Notes: a model not told the origin generated them from the letters alone. DNA of 64,000 nt from Vicinamibacteria bacterium (GCA_963668695.2 CAXXLQ010000004.1:3552001-3616000), one strand, 5' to 3'. Numbered from the stretch's first letter, positions 1 to 10,586 are shown. Program-made: numbers and translations.

Positions 1-690
1 ATAGACGCATGCTCCGGCCGTCCGATCCCGATATAGACGCATGCCCCGGCCATCCGAACCCGATATAGACGCATGCCCCGGTCTTCCGATCCCGATATAG
101 ACGCATGCTCCGGCCGGCCGATCCCGATATAGACGCATGCTCCGGCCATCCGATCCGGAAATTGACGCATGCTCCGGCCTTCCGAATCCGGAAATAGACG
201 CATGCCCCGGTCATCCGATCCGGAAATAGACGCATGCCCCGGCCGTCCGATCCGGAAATAGACGCATGCCCCGTCCGATCCGGAAATAGACGCCGATCCC
301 GCATGCCCCGAACCCGAATAGACGCATGCCCCGGTCTTCCGCCTTCCGAACCCGATATAGACGCATGCCCCGCCCAGCCGATCCCGATATAGACCCATGC
401 CCCGGTCATCCTTCCCGAAATAGACGCATGCTCCGGCCATCCGATCCGGAAATAGACGCATGCCCCAGCCATCCGAATCGGAAATAGACGCATGCCCCGG
501 CCATCCGATCCGGAAATAGACGCATGCCCCGGCCATCCGATCCGGAAATAGACGCATGCCCCGCCCATCCGAACCCGAATAGACGCATGCCCCGCCCATC
601 CGAACCCGAATAGACGCATGCCCCGGCCGGCCGAACCCGAATAGACGCATGCCCCGATCATCCGAACCGGAATGGACGCATGCTCAACCC
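1..690. repeat. Imperfect tandem array, unit ~31-32 bp, core ATAGACGCATGC(C/T)CCGG..TCCGA(T/A)CC, ~20 copies; truncated at window start
   Basis: Core (A)TAGACGCAT starts at 1, 33, 65, 97, 129, 161 (ATTGAC variant), 194, 226, 258 and onward to ~670; no unique spacers. Confidence 0.95.
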
Positions 691-786
691 GGCCGACCCG
701 GGCAACAACCCCTTCGCGCGGGCCCGCCAGCCACCCCCTACAATGGGCAATTCCCCGGTTGTCCGTTTGGGAAGGGAGGCTGTGAA

Positions 787-3700
787 GTGCGTACTTCTGC
801 CGTTGTTCTGAGTTTTGCCGTCCTCCTGGGCGTCGCCGGTCCGGCGGCCGCCCAGCCGGAGTCGCTCGCCACCCTCTACGAACTGGGAGGGGCCGTCGCC
901 GACACGAACGGGGACGGCGTCGCCGACCGGCTGCGGGCTCGCGTCGTGCTGGGCGATTCCCCCTCGGCCGCCGAGGTCGCGGCCGCCGCGGACATCGCCG
1001 CCCGGCTCGGCTTCGAGACGATGGCTCTCAACCTTCCCCTGCCCGCGGCGTCGGAAGTCGCGATCGCGGTGGGTGACGAAGCGCTCACCGGATTGGGAAT
1101 CTCCGGCCTCTCCGATCTGGCCGCCGGCCGGGGCGCCGTCGAACTCCACACCGGCGGGGATTCGGTGATCGTCGGGGTCCGCGGGGGTGACGCGGCGGGT
1201 CTTTCGGCGGCCGCGATGTGGTTGGCTTCCCGGGCGCCCCACGTCTTCCGCGCGGGCGATGAGTCCCTCGCCGACGTCGAGGCGGCGGTGATGAGCGCCG
1301 CGGGCGACGCAGCCATGGGTGCTCACACCATGCGGGTGGAGGTGGAAGCCGGTGCTGACGCGCTCGCCTCGGCCGAGGTCCGGGTGGGGGTGGCCGACCC
1401 CGCCGCGGCCGCTGCGGTGGCCGCTGCCGTCGAAGGCGCCGGCGACGACCTGCGCTTCGACAGCCTGGCCTCCCTGCGGGTGGTAGCAGCGCACGCTGAC
1501 GGCCAATCGGCCGCCTCCGTGAGCCACGACCCGCCCGCGCCGGATCCCGGTCCGGTCCCCGGGCGACCGGGGTCCGAGCCCAAGAAGGACCTCGGGCTCG
1601 CCGTCCTCTATGAGCCGGACGGCCTGCTGGGAGATTCCAACAGCGACCGCATCCCGGACCGGCTCGACTCGCGCCTGGTGGTCACCGCCGAGGACCCGGC
1701 CGGAACACTGGCGCTCGCCGCCCGGCTCGGCCTCGAGTCCGCCGGGATGACCTTTCCGGTGGCCGCGGCTGCCGCTGACGTCGATGAACCCAAAGAACAT
1801 CCGACCCTCGTGGTGATCGGTACCGCCGGCGAGAACCCGATGCTCGCGGATCTGACCGTCCCCGACCTTGGCCCCGGCGAGGGTTTCGTGGGGGTGGTGC
1901 CGGAAGCGTTCGGCAAGAAGCACGCGCTCGCCATCACCGGTGGCGATCAGGCAGGACTGGAGCGTGCTCTCCACCAGGCCGCGATCGGCTTCCCGCACCT
2001 GGACTCACACAACCGCAAGAAGGACCACCCCACGGTGGACGGTGTCGAATTCGCCGCCTGGAAGTTCCTGTCGTCCCGGAGCCCTGGCGGCCAGGCGGCC
2101 GCGGCGCTCTACAAGCTGGAGCGGATTGCCGCCGAGATCTCCCACCTGGGGATCCAGAGCTCGAAGATTCTGGTGTCGGTGAAGGATCCGGCGCCGGGAC
2201 TTGACGACTTCGTCGCGGCGGCCGCCGAACGGCTCGGCCTCGGCGAAGCGAGCGTCGAACTCGATGACCGGAACGTGGACAACGCCGCGGTCCTCCACGA
2301 GGAGGTTTTCGAGGTGCCCTCCGAGGTCGAGGAATTCTGGGGCATCGTGCGGAACCAGTTGCTTCCGGCCGTCGGACGCGGCGACCGGGTCCGGGTCATG
2401 GTCCAGTTGAGCGAACCCACCGAGGTCCGGGCCTCGCTCCGGGACGAGCTGGTCGCCGAGCTACGGGGCCGGGGGGCCACGGTGTCCGCCGGCGACGTGG
2501 CCATCCTTTCCGCCTACCGCCAGGGCTACGGGTGGATCGAGGAGTTTGTCCTGCCACAACTGCTCGCGCTCCGGGACAGCGCGACTCCCCCGGCGCGAGT
2601 GCGACTCCTGTTCCGCGAGCACCGGCCGCCGGAGGATTGGCCGCAGCAGGCGATGCACACCCCGCTCCGCTGGCAGCACGCGATGTTCCCCGCGGACGAG
2701 ATCCTGGCCGAGGCGCTGGCGCTCGATCTCGGCGACGTGGGATACGAGCTGCGAACCGAGCAGGACGCGCCCGCCTTTCAGCTCGTGGCCGAGGACGCGA
2801 ACGGCGAAGTCCTGCTCAATGAGACCTTCGACCCGCGGCTCGTGACCCGGCCATTCATGGATCGGTATCCGGACTACGAGTTCATCCAGGTGACGACGGG
2901 CGGCATCACCGCCGAGGTGGACGGCGAGACGGTGGTGGACGAACGGATCCGGACGGACGCCGAGGCCTTTTGGGACCACTACCAGTCGGACACGCTGGCG
3001 AGGGTCTACGACTACCTCATGGAACTCCACGACGGGAAGCCGCGAGGCCCGGTGGATGCGCCCTATTTCGGCCAGTTGAAGGTGGTGCTGTCGCTCTCCG
3101 AGCCCGAGCGGTTGCTGGGCGTCGAGCAGGAGATCGAGTCCACCCACGACGCGCTTCACGAGGACATCTACTTCGTCACCCACAGCTTCCTGCGGCACAT
3201 CGGGCGCAACTCGCTGGGGACCGAGCTGACCTACGGCGGCCGGGTCATCCCCGAGATGCGGGGGAAGACCGACGGGACCCCGGGAACCGCGCACATCCGC
3301 TTCACCGGGTTCAAGACCGGCCGTCCGGCGATCGTCGTGGACTACACGACTGCCGACGGGATGACCGGCACGGTGCGGCGGAACATTCCCAAGGTCGAAG
3401 TGGACCGGCCCCGCGCGATGGCGGCGCGGGTCAGCGCCGGCAGTTCCGGGGTGGACGGGCTGCGGCTACGCGTGAAGGTGGACACCGACGCGGATGAACG
3501 GGACTACTACGTCGAGCGGCACGGCGAGGACGACGCGGACGAGCGGATCCTCTCGGCGGCGCAGGCGACCCGGGTGCTGGATCTGCTCGGGGATTTGCGG
3601 GGCGCCGGGCTCTATTCCGACGAACTCGCGTTCGCCGGGCTCGGGGATCTGGAACTCGCCGCGTCGTGGACGTGGGACTACGAGGCGGACACCGAACGGG

Positions 3701-4926
3701 CGACCACGCTCGCGGCGAACGGCGAGCCGCCTCCCTTGCCCGACATCATGACCTTCCGGGACGAGACGGGCAGCGACGAACAGCTCGTCCAGTGGGACGC
3801 GCCGATCTCACCCCCCGAGGCCTACGGGATCCTGGCCCGGATGTCCGAGTTCCCGGAGGCCACGGTCTACAAGGTCGGCGATAGCTACCTCGGCCAATCC
3901 GTCTGGTCGATGGACCTGATGCCGCCCATGGAGGCGACGCACTGGGCCCAGAAGAAGGCGAGCCTGCTGAAACCGACCATCGTCTACAGCGCCCGCCAGC
4001 ACGCGAACGAGGTTTCCTCGACGTCACACACGCTACGGCTGGCGGAGATGATCCTCACCGATCCCGAGCGCAAGAAGAACCTCGACAAGGTGAACCTCGT
4101 CTTCCACCCGATCCAGAACGCGGACGGCGCCCAGCTCGCCTGGGACATGCACCAGTACAACCCGGAGCACATCCTGCACGCCGGGTACTGGGGATCGCTC
4201 GGGATCGACTCCACCTCGGACAGCGACGACCCCATGCCGATCTTTCCGGAGGCGGAGGTGCGGCCGAGGATCTGGCGGATGTGGCTGCCCGACATCTTCC
4301 TGAACCCGCACGGGTATCCGGGGCACCAGCTCGTCCAGCTCTTCAGCGAGTTCAGCGGCCTGGTGCGCGCCGGACGGCGGACGGAACGGAACTGGGGCTT
4401 CAACAAGGGCTGGTTCATGCCCGGCTTCGACGTCGTGGACGACCCCGAGCTGCCGCGGCACAAGGACATGGCGATCAAGCTCCGCGGCTACATCACGAAC
4501 GCCATCCAGGACACCGGACCGGTGGCCGCGATGAACCAGCGCAACTACGACCGCTACCGTCGCTACGGGATGCAGTTCGATCCCGAAGTGTTCCGGATGA
4601 ACCTCCACAACGGGGTCAACATCGGGATGCCGATCAAAGGCCGCCGCGCGAGTGCCCCGGGCCGTGGAGGCCGCGGCTACGACCCCAAGATCACCATCTG
4701 GGCGGGCGGCACCGAGGCTCCCGACGAGCCGGCGCGCGGCGACTGGATGAAGATCGTGGCGTCAGCGGGCCTCGCCTGGGACACGGCGATCCTGCAGTAC
4801 CTGCTCGACGGGGATCACAAGGTCAACCGCGATTCGAGCGAGTTCTTCGGCGGGGTGTCGATCAAACTGGATCGGCCGCGCCCCCCCGAGGAGGAGGACG
4901 AGGAGGAAACGGAAGAAGGTCAGTAG
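787..4926 (+). CDS. Large secreted M14-family zinc carboxypeptidase-like protein
   Basis: GTG at 787 after GGGAGG; signal peptide; C-terminal ARQHANE, QNADG, NPHG and TEAPDE motifs. The ORF-track start at 649 lies inside the repeat. Confidence 0.8.
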   Translation: MRTSAVVLSFAVLLGVAGPAAAQPESLATLYELGGAVADTNGDGVADRLRARVVLGDSPSAAEVAAAADIAARLGFETMALNLPLPAASEVAIAVGDEALTGLGISGLSDLAAGRGAVELHTGGDSVIVGVRGGDAAGLSAAAMWLASRAPHVFRAGDESLADVEAAVMSAAGDAAMGAHTMRVEVEAGADALASAEVRVGVADPAAAAAVAAAVEGAGDDLRFDSLASLRVVAAHADGQSAASVSHDPPAPDPGPVPGRPGSEPKKDLGLAVLYEPDGLLGDSNSDRIPDRLDSRLVVTAEDPAGTLALAARLGLESAGMTFPVAAAAADVDEPKEHPTLVVIGTAGENPMLADLTVPDLGPGEGFVGVVPEAFGKKHALAITGGDQAGLERALHQAAIGFPHLDSHNRKKDHPTVDGVEFAAWKFLSSRSPGGQAAAALYKLERIAAEISHLGIQSSKILVSVKDPAPGLDDFVAAAAERLGLGEASVELDDRNVDNAAVLHEEVFEVPSEVEEFWGIVRNQLLPAVGRGDRVRVMVQLSEPTEVRASLRDELVAELRGRGATVSAGDVAILSAYRQGYGWIEEFVLPQLLALRDSATPPARVRLLFREHRPPEDWPQQAMHTPLRWQHAMFPADEILAEALALDLGDVGYELRTEQDAPAFQLVAEDANGEVLLNETFDPRLVTRPFMDRYPDYEFIQVTTGGITAEVDGETVVDERIRTDAEAFWDHYQSDTLARVYDYLMELHDGKPRGPVDAPYFGQLKVVLSLSEPERLLGVEQEIESTHDALHEDIYFVTHSFLRHIGRNSLGTELTYGGRVIPEMRGKTDGTPGTAHIRFTGFKTGRPAIVVDYTTADGMTGTVRRNIPKVEVDRPRAMAARVSAGSSGVDGLRLRVKVDTDADERDYYVERHGEDDADERILSAAQATRVLDLLGDLRGAGLYSDELAFAGLGDLELAASWTWDYEADTERATTLAANGEPPPLPDIMTFRDETGSDEQLVQWDAPISPPEAYGILARMSEFPEATVYKVGDSYLGQSVWSMDLMPPMEATHWAQKKASLLKPTIVYSARQHANEVSSTSHTLRLAEMILTDPERKKNLDKVNLVFHPIQNADGAQLAWDMHQYNPEHILHAGYWGSLGIDSTSDSDDPMPIFPEAEVRPRIWRMWLPDIFLNPHGYPGHQLVQLFSEFSGLVRAGRRTERNWGFNKGWFMPGFDVVDDPELPRHKDMAIKLRGYITNAIQDTGPVAAMNQRNYDRYRRYGMQFDPEVFRMNLHNGVNIGMPIKGRRASAPGRGGRGYDPKITIWAGGTEAPDEPARGDWMKIVASAGLAWDTAILQYLLDGDHKVNRDSSEFFGGVSIKLDRPRPPEEEDEEETEEGQ

Positions 4927-5401
4927 CCTGACCTGGCTTCGCCCGCCGGCGGCGGGCGAAGCCGCGAATCGGCAGCTATCTCGCGATGGTTGTCACTCGG
5001 GGCGTCCTCAGCGGGTGCAGTGGTCCCGCCGGTCAGGGAACGCCGGTGTTCACACCGGCACCGCGGCCCGGAGGGCCGCGAAACCGCGAATCGCTGCTGG
5101 AGTTCGTGGCGCCTCCGCCAAGATGGCGCGGGGCAGCTCTTCCGGATGGCACGCAGGCAAGGGACCGCCGGTCTCCGACCGGCATCGCGCGGGAGCGCGA
5201 AACCAGCACCGATGACGCTGCGCCCTGCCGACGTGAGTGCCGCAGCCTCTCCCAGCACCGGATGCCGCGACCGCCCACCGCTCCCCCTGTCCGGGGCCGC
5301 GCCTTTCAGCCCAGGCGGGGTGGACAGGAGGACCCGATCATGAGGGTTTCTCCCGGTGGGGGCCTCCGGACCGGCGTCGCCAGCCAGAGGCTGGCGATTC
5401 G

Positions 5402-6343
5402 CTATGACCCCAGATAGACGTTGTCGTTGTGCCAGCGTAGGAAGTCCTGCCCGGGTTGAAGGGCGGAATCGACAGGCAGCGTGATCTCCTTGCCGTGGTG
5501 AGGGTAATAGCTTCGACCATTCTCATAGTCGTCTCGCAGTCGGCCGCTCACCTCGAGCCTTAGATCAGCTGCAACAGTCAGGTAACCCTGATCGAACAAC
5601 CGGTGCATGTCGGCGCGGAGAAGGAGGCCATTCGGGATCTCGTGGGGGCCCTCCTTGGAATAGGGCTGGATGTGCGCTGCCTCTAGAGCGGGCAGTGAGT
5701 GTTCACCTGTCACGGCACAGGCTCGATCGTAGGCTTCTGTCACGGCCACCCTGAAGGTCCCCTGTCCAAGTCTGGGTTTCACCAGCTGTCGTTTTCCATA
5801 TCTCGCGAGCGCTGGCGTGGATACGCCCTCGCGCAGGCGCTGCGAGACACCTAGCGTGACGACGTGTTCTAAACAGGTTTCCCAAATCCGGAGGCCTTCG
5901 CCATGCGAGAGGTCATAGAGCTTGCTCGTGAGGTTGTTGGATGACCAGTCCGCCGGCTGAGGAATCCAGTAATCGGGCGGGAAGAAAACGGCATCGCTGA
6001 GGAGAATGCATCCAATCTGGGGTACCGCGCCGGCGTGCTTGAACTTGTTGCGGGCGCGAATCTCCTGCAATCGACTCTCCATCGCGTCGAATGACGGCGC
6101 CCCATTGGCTTCGCCAAAACAGTCCCAAGCCAACCAATCAGGCAACCTGGAAAACCGCGCCACCAGTCCGAACCCGCCAATGGCATTGTGTGGAACCTTG
6201 AGCTTGAAGAAGAACGGAGTACCGGGGGCGCCCTTGAAACCGTGGTGTGGCGAAGGGCGCCAAAAGTTCACCTCATCCCAGAAACGTCTCCGCTCCAGGT
6301 GCCGAAACCAGTCGTAGTGGGTAACGGCAACGTATCCCTGCAT
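5402..6343 (-). CDS. HNH endonuclease (putative restriction/defence nuclease)
   Basis: C-terminal RLGQGTFR..AY..CAVTG..LEAAHI..NGLLLR.D.H..FD.G and L.WH signature; lower GC than flanks. Confidence 0.85.
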   Translation of the reverse strand: MQGYVAVTHYDWFRHLERRRFWDEVNFWRPSPHHGFKGAPGTPFFFKLKVPHNAIGGFGLVARFSRLPDWLAWDCFGEANGAPSFDAMESRLQEIRARNKFKHAGAVPQIGCILLSDAVFFPPDYWIPQPADWSSNNLTSKLYDLSHGEGLRIWETCLEHVVTLGVSQRLREGVSTPALARYGKRQLVKPRLGQGTFRVAVTEAYDRACAVTGEHSLPALEAAHIQPYSKEGPHEIPNGLLLRADMHRLFDQGYLTVAADLRLEVSGRLRDDYENGRSYYPHHGKEITLPVDSALQPGQDFLRWHNDNVYLGS

Positions 6344-6540
6344 GGTAAGGATTCGGTCCGGGAATGCGTGGTTCCGCGCCCCTTCCGCCTCGGCGGCGTG
6401 ACAGCGGCGTGACAGCAGTGTACTGAGCTCGTCGTCGGATCAGCATGTGGGTGGGCGAACGTACTTTTTGGGCGGTTAGTCCGTAGCAAACCCGACCAGT
6501 AGGCGGCGGGTATCCGCAGGGGAAAGTTCCCCCCGAGGCT

Positions 6541-6876
6541 TCAGCGGGAGAACAGGAGGGTGGAGACCAGCCCCAACACCGTGACCAGGGCGCCGAGGGC
6601 GCCCCACATCAGCCGCATTTCCGACTTCAGCCCGTCCATCCGGGTGGCCAGGACATCGAGTTTCGCGCCGTGTTCGGCAAGCGTCTCGCCCTGTTTGGTC
6701 ACGAGCTGTTCGAGTCTTGTGAGGTGCGCCACCACGTTCTCGCCAGCCACGTCCTTGACCTCTTCCGCCGCAGTATAGGCGACCTCCGCGTCACATCCCG
6801 CCTTCAGCAACGCCCGGAGAAGGCGCCCTTCCTCGTTAGCGTTGCCGGCGCTCCAACGGGGTCTTCGGGCGGCAGG
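6541..6876 (-). pseudogene. Small coiled-coil protein with C-terminal TM helix (DUF1640-like), 5' end cut by IS256
   Basis: LKAGCDAEVAY..EEVK..LEQLVT..MRLMWGALG; paralog at 9498-9909. Confidence 0.6.
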
Positions 6877-8264
6877 GAGCTATGGTCGAAAGTGGGTGAC
6901 GGCATGATCAGGCGGCGGCGCGGGTTTCGGTTTCGTCGGCCTGAATGCCGTCGGTGAATTTGACGCCCTGGATGACCCGGGGCAACTTCTCGTAGCCGTT
7001 GAGGCGGCGCCAGGTCTTGCTGGCGGCAGTCACCAGCTTGAAGACCATCGCGAGCGCCGTCTGGTGGGAGAGGCAGCCCTTGCTGCGAACGGTGCGATGC
7101 CGGACCGTCGCGAAGACGCTCTCGATGGGGTTCGTGGTCCGGATGTGCTGCCAGTGCTCCGCCGGGAAGTCGTAGAACGCGAGCAGCTCCTCCCGGTCCT
7201 TGGTCAGGCAGGGGACCGCCTTCGGATACTTGGCCTGGTATTTGGCGGCGAAGGTGTCCAACGCCTTCTCCGCCGCGGCGCGGCCGGCCGCCATCCAGAT
7301 CTGGTGCAGGTCCTGCTTCGCGTTCCGCTGCCGGGCCTTCGGCAACGCGTTCAGCACGTTGGCGGTCTTGTGCACCCAGCAGCGCTGGCGGCGCGTCTTG
7401 GGGAAGCTCGCGTCCAGCGCCTTCCAGAAGCCGAGAGCCCCGTCCCCGATCGCCAGTTCCGGGCGGATCGGGAGGCCACGCCCCTTCAGATCCTCCAGGA
7501 GTTCCCGCCAGCTCTGAGCGCTCTCCCGGAACCCCGCCTGGAACCCCAGCAGTTCCTTCCGGCCCTCCGGCGTCGCCCCGATCAACACCAAAACGCACTG
7601 CTTCTCGTCTTCCAGCCGACCCTGAAGGTAGATCCCGTCCGCCCAGACATAGACATACCGTCGGTTCGAGAGATCCCGGAGCCGCCAACGCTCGTGCTCC
7701 GCCTCCCATGCCGATTTGAGACGACCGATCACACCCGGCGACAGCCCCGACGCCCCCGGACCCACCAGCTCCGACAGCGCCTCCCCGAAGTCCCCGCTCG
7801 ACACTCCCAGCAGATACAGCGTCGGCAGCGCCGCGTCCAAGGAGCGCGTCCGCCGCGCGAACCGCGGCAGGATCGTCGAGGAAAACCGGATCCGATCCTC
7901 CCCCCCGCCTCCCCGGTCCCGTACTTTCGGCCGCCGCACCGGAACCGGCCCGATCCCCGTCAGGATCTCCCGCTCCGGGCCATGCCCGTGACGCACCAGG
8001 CGCCGACGGCCGGTCTCGGTCCGATGATCGGCGTAGGCCGCCAGCAGCGCGGCCACCTCCGCTTCCACGGCGTGCCTCACCAACTGCCGGGCCCCCGCTC
8101 GCAGAACCTCCGTCAGCGGGTCCTCAACTCCCTCTGCTGAGGGAAGGAAAACAACGGTACTCTCCGTCATGGCGTATCACTCCTCTTTGGAGATGTGGAA
8201 GGTTGGTTACTCCCACGATACGCCACCCCCTTCTCTCGCCGTCACCCACTTTCGACCATAGCTC
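6877..8264 (-). mobile_element. IS256-family insertion sequence
   Basis: Perfect 27-bp TIR GAGCTATGGTCGAAAGTGGGTGACGGC at 6877-6903 and its reverse complement at 8238-8264; no flanking TSD. Confidence 0.95.
6908..8170 (-). CDS. IS256-family transposase
   Basis: YVWADGIY, LAIGDGALGF, QRCWVHK and RTTNPIES motifs. Confidence 0.97.
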   Translation of the reverse strand: MTESTVVFLPSAEGVEDPLTEVLRAGARQLVRHAVEAEVAALLAAYADHRTETGRRRLVRHGHGPEREILTGIGPVPVRRPKVRDRGGGGEDRIRFSSTILPRFARRTRSLDAALPTLYLLGVSSGDFGEALSELVGPGASGLSPGVIGRLKSAWEAEHERWRLRDLSNRRYVYVWADGIYLQGRLEDEKQCVLVLIGATPEGRKELLGFQAGFRESAQSWRELLEDLKGRGLPIRPELAIGDGALGFWKALDASFPKTRRQRCWVHKTANVLNALPKARQRNAKQDLHQIWMAAGRAAAEKALDTFAAKYQAKYPKAVPCLTKDREELLAFYDFPAEHWQHIRTTNPIESVFATVRHRTVRSKGCLSHQTALAMVFKLVTAASKTWRRLNGYEKLPRVIQGVKFTDGIQADETETRAAA

Positions 8265-8423
8265 GACCTCAAGTCGTTCTAGCCGGAGCGAATCGTACCG
8301 AGCAGCCTGAAGCTCATTTTTCTTCTGTCTTGCAAGAAACACCCATCCCAAGATTGCGATAACCAGCGGCGTTGCGAGCGTCGCTAGCAGATCAACCCAA
8401 TCGATGGACTGCGGCTCAGTCAC
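8265..8423 (-). pseudogene. Truncated membrane-anchored hypothetical protein (3' part removed at IS256)
   Basis: N-terminal TM helix; frame runs directly into the IS TIR. Confidence 0.5.
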
Positions 8424-8669
8424 GCTTCCTGGTAGTGGTCAAGTTGTCTTTCTCCGACCATCCCAGGGCCTCCAGGAGAGAACCAGGGAGTACGGCTCTC
8501 TGGACAGCCAGCGCAGGGCAGCGTGACTGAACGCTCAGCAGCCGCCCGTTACGGCCTCCGGGAAATAGTGCTCGGCCGAACCCAACACACGCCGTTCTAG
8601 CCCGAGCCACCTGGACTCCCGACCAAGAGAGCAGGGAACGCCGAAGACCAGCGAGCTCGGCACCGTTTC

Positions 8670-9101
8670 TCAGCCGGATGGCGCGAGTGGATGTCGCCAC
8701 CGAAGCTCCGGAAAACGAGCGAAATCGCTGTCGGTAGAGACCAACTCGCACCCATGTTCGATGGCCAGCGCCGCCAAGTATGCGTCCGTCACGAGCGGCC
8801 CCTCAATCTTCCGGCACAACCCGACGAAAATGTCCCAATGCCGCTGGCCGGGAGCGATCATGACCGCACGAGGCCGCGTCACCAGCTGCTGACAGAACCG
8901 GATGGCGGTGTCCATCGGGGTCGGGGGATCGAAGATTCTCCGGTTCGTCACGATCCGCAAAAAGCCGGCGAGCACGACTTCGGACAGCGCGAACGGAGCG
9001 GACGAAACGGTCAGTGCGCGCAGCCAGCCGGCGTATCGCTCGTGTTCCGGGCCGTCCTCGCGGTGCGCGTAGATCAGGATGTTGACATCGGGGAGCAGCA
9101 C
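8670..9101 (-). CDS. vapC: VapC PIN-domain toxin
   Basis: LPDVNILIYA, DAYLAALAIEH, STDSDFARF. Confidence 0.92.
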   Translation of the reverse strand: MLLPDVNILIYAHREDGPEHERYAGWLRALTVSSAPFALSEVVLAGFLRIVTNRRIFDPPTPMDTAIRFCQQLVTRPRAVMIAPGQRHWDIFVGLCRKIEGPLVTDAYLAALAIEHGCELVSTDSDFARFPELRWRHPLAPSG

Positions 9102-9104
9102 CGG

Positions 9105-9371
9105 CTATCTCCGATCCCGGTAGCGCTCCACGTCCTCGGCCTCGAGGAGCGCCGAAGCCTTGTCGAGGTTGTGTTCCGAGAAGCGACCTCCGGCACCGAA
9201 GGTGACCAGTTCGAAGGGTTCCTCGGGGGTGCCCGCCGTGGGTGCCCGCAGGAAGAGGCGGACGGCGTGTTCGATCAGCCGGCTGACGGACCCGCCAGAC
9301 TGGGCTGCCCGCTCTTTGAGTTGCTCCATGACTTGGCTGTCAACGGTGATGGTGGTGCGCATGATGCACAA
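9105..9371 (-). CDS. vapB: VapB/CopG RHH antitoxin
   Basis: MRTTITVD..LKERAA..VSRLIE; directly upstream of vapC. Confidence 0.85.
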   Translation of the reverse strand: MCIMRTTITVDSQVMEQLKERAAQSGGSVSRLIEHAVRLFLRAPTAGTPEEPFELVTFGAGGRFSEHNLDKASALLEAEDVERYRDRR

Positions 9372-9497
9372 GCATACGGCTAATGCACCACTACATCAAT
9401 TGCCCTGAACGGGGCCTGGCGTGTCTCGCCAATGGGTGTTGTACCGGGCTGTGCCAGGGGGTTGATCGCGGAACGCCGACTTCCAGTGTGTCGAGCG

Positions 9498-9909
9498 TTC
9501 AGCAAGAGAACAGGAGGGTGAAGACCAGGCCCAGAACCGTCACCAGAGTGCCGCGGGCGCCCCACATCAGCCTCATTTCCGCCCTCGGCGAGTCCGTCCC
9601 GGCGGCGAGGAGGTCGGGTTTCAAGTCGCGTTCGGCGAGTTTCTCCCGTGCTGGGTGACGAGCTGCTCGAGCTTGGTGAGGGCCGCGTCTGCATTCTCCC
9701 CGGCCATCGTTTTCGCCTCTTCCACCGCAACATAGGCAAGTTCCGCGTCGCAGCCGGCCCTCACGAGTGCCCGAAAGAACGCGGCCGCCGGCGACAGAGG
9801 GGGCGTATCGCCGGCCCTTCCAGACGGGGGGGCCGGTAATGACGCTTGGTGCGGTGGCTCAGACTCCGTCACGGCGGGCTTCGGCTGATCGTCACTGATG
9901 TCAGACATG
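9498..9909 (-). pseudogene. Frameshifted paralog of the 6541-6876 small membrane protein
   Basis: RAGCDAELAY..EEAK..GEN..LEQLVTQHG; 3' end matches the 6541 copy in another frame. Confidence 0.55.
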
Positions 9910-10100
9910 GGATTTCCTCCGTCGGGGATCTGGCGCCCGCAACACGCGGGGGCCCCCTGAAACATACGGACGAAATTCAGGGCCGTTTCGTCCCACTTCC
10001 CGCGCCGCTGTGGACAAGTCGTGCGTTACCGGGCCCAAAGTCCGGCACTTGCGCCGCCCGCGTTCGCCGTGGACGCCCTGCGCCGCTCTAAGATTCCGCC

Positions 10101-10478
10101 GTGAGGGACACGGGTTCGCTCGCGGGCGTGGTGCTTCGGGTATGGGCCACTCCCCGCTCCTCCCCGGAACGGATCGGACGGCTCGCGGACGGACGGATCC
10201 GCGCCTACCTTTCGCCTCCACCGGAGCGGGGCAAGGCGAACGCCCGCCTGATCGCCCTCCTCGCAAAGCTGCTGCGGGTGCCGCGGGATTCGATCGAGAT
10301 CATTTCGGGAACGTCGCACCACCGGAAGCTGGTTCGGGTCGCCGGCTGCAGCGAGGCCGAGGTCACCGAGAGGATTCCGTCATTGCGATCAGGGCATTAC
10401 ACGGGTAGGACCGGAGCACGGCGGCGGACGCGGGGTGGCGCGGCGAAGAAGCGGGTGGGGGCGAAGGGGTCCGGCTGA
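10101..10478 (+). CDS. DUF167/YggU-family protein
   Basis: PPERGKANARLI.LLAK.L.VP...I.I.SG.S.H.K. Confidence 0.8.
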   Translation: MRDTGSLAGVVLRVWATPRSSPERIGRLADGRIRAYLSPPPERGKANARLIALLAKLLRVPRDSIEIISGTSHHRKLVRVAGCSEAEVTERIPSLRSGHYTGRTGARRRTRGGAAKKRVGAKGSG

Positions 10479-10564
10479 CTCGCCGGCGGAGCGTTTCGCC
10501 ATCCCCGTGTGGGGTCCCGGCGATGGGCGAACGTGGCGGCGGGAGTTTCGCGGCCTGCGGCCGC

Positions 10565-10586
10565 GATGCCGGTCTGAAGACCGGCC
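10565..10586. repeat. REP-like palindrome GATGCCGGTCTGAAGACCGGC (family D)
   Basis: Same palindrome occurs four times at 51521-51865. Confidence 0.7.

Noticed and set aside
1-690. CRISPR array
   Set aside because: Linkers are short variants of one sequence rather than unique spacers, and no cas genes are present.
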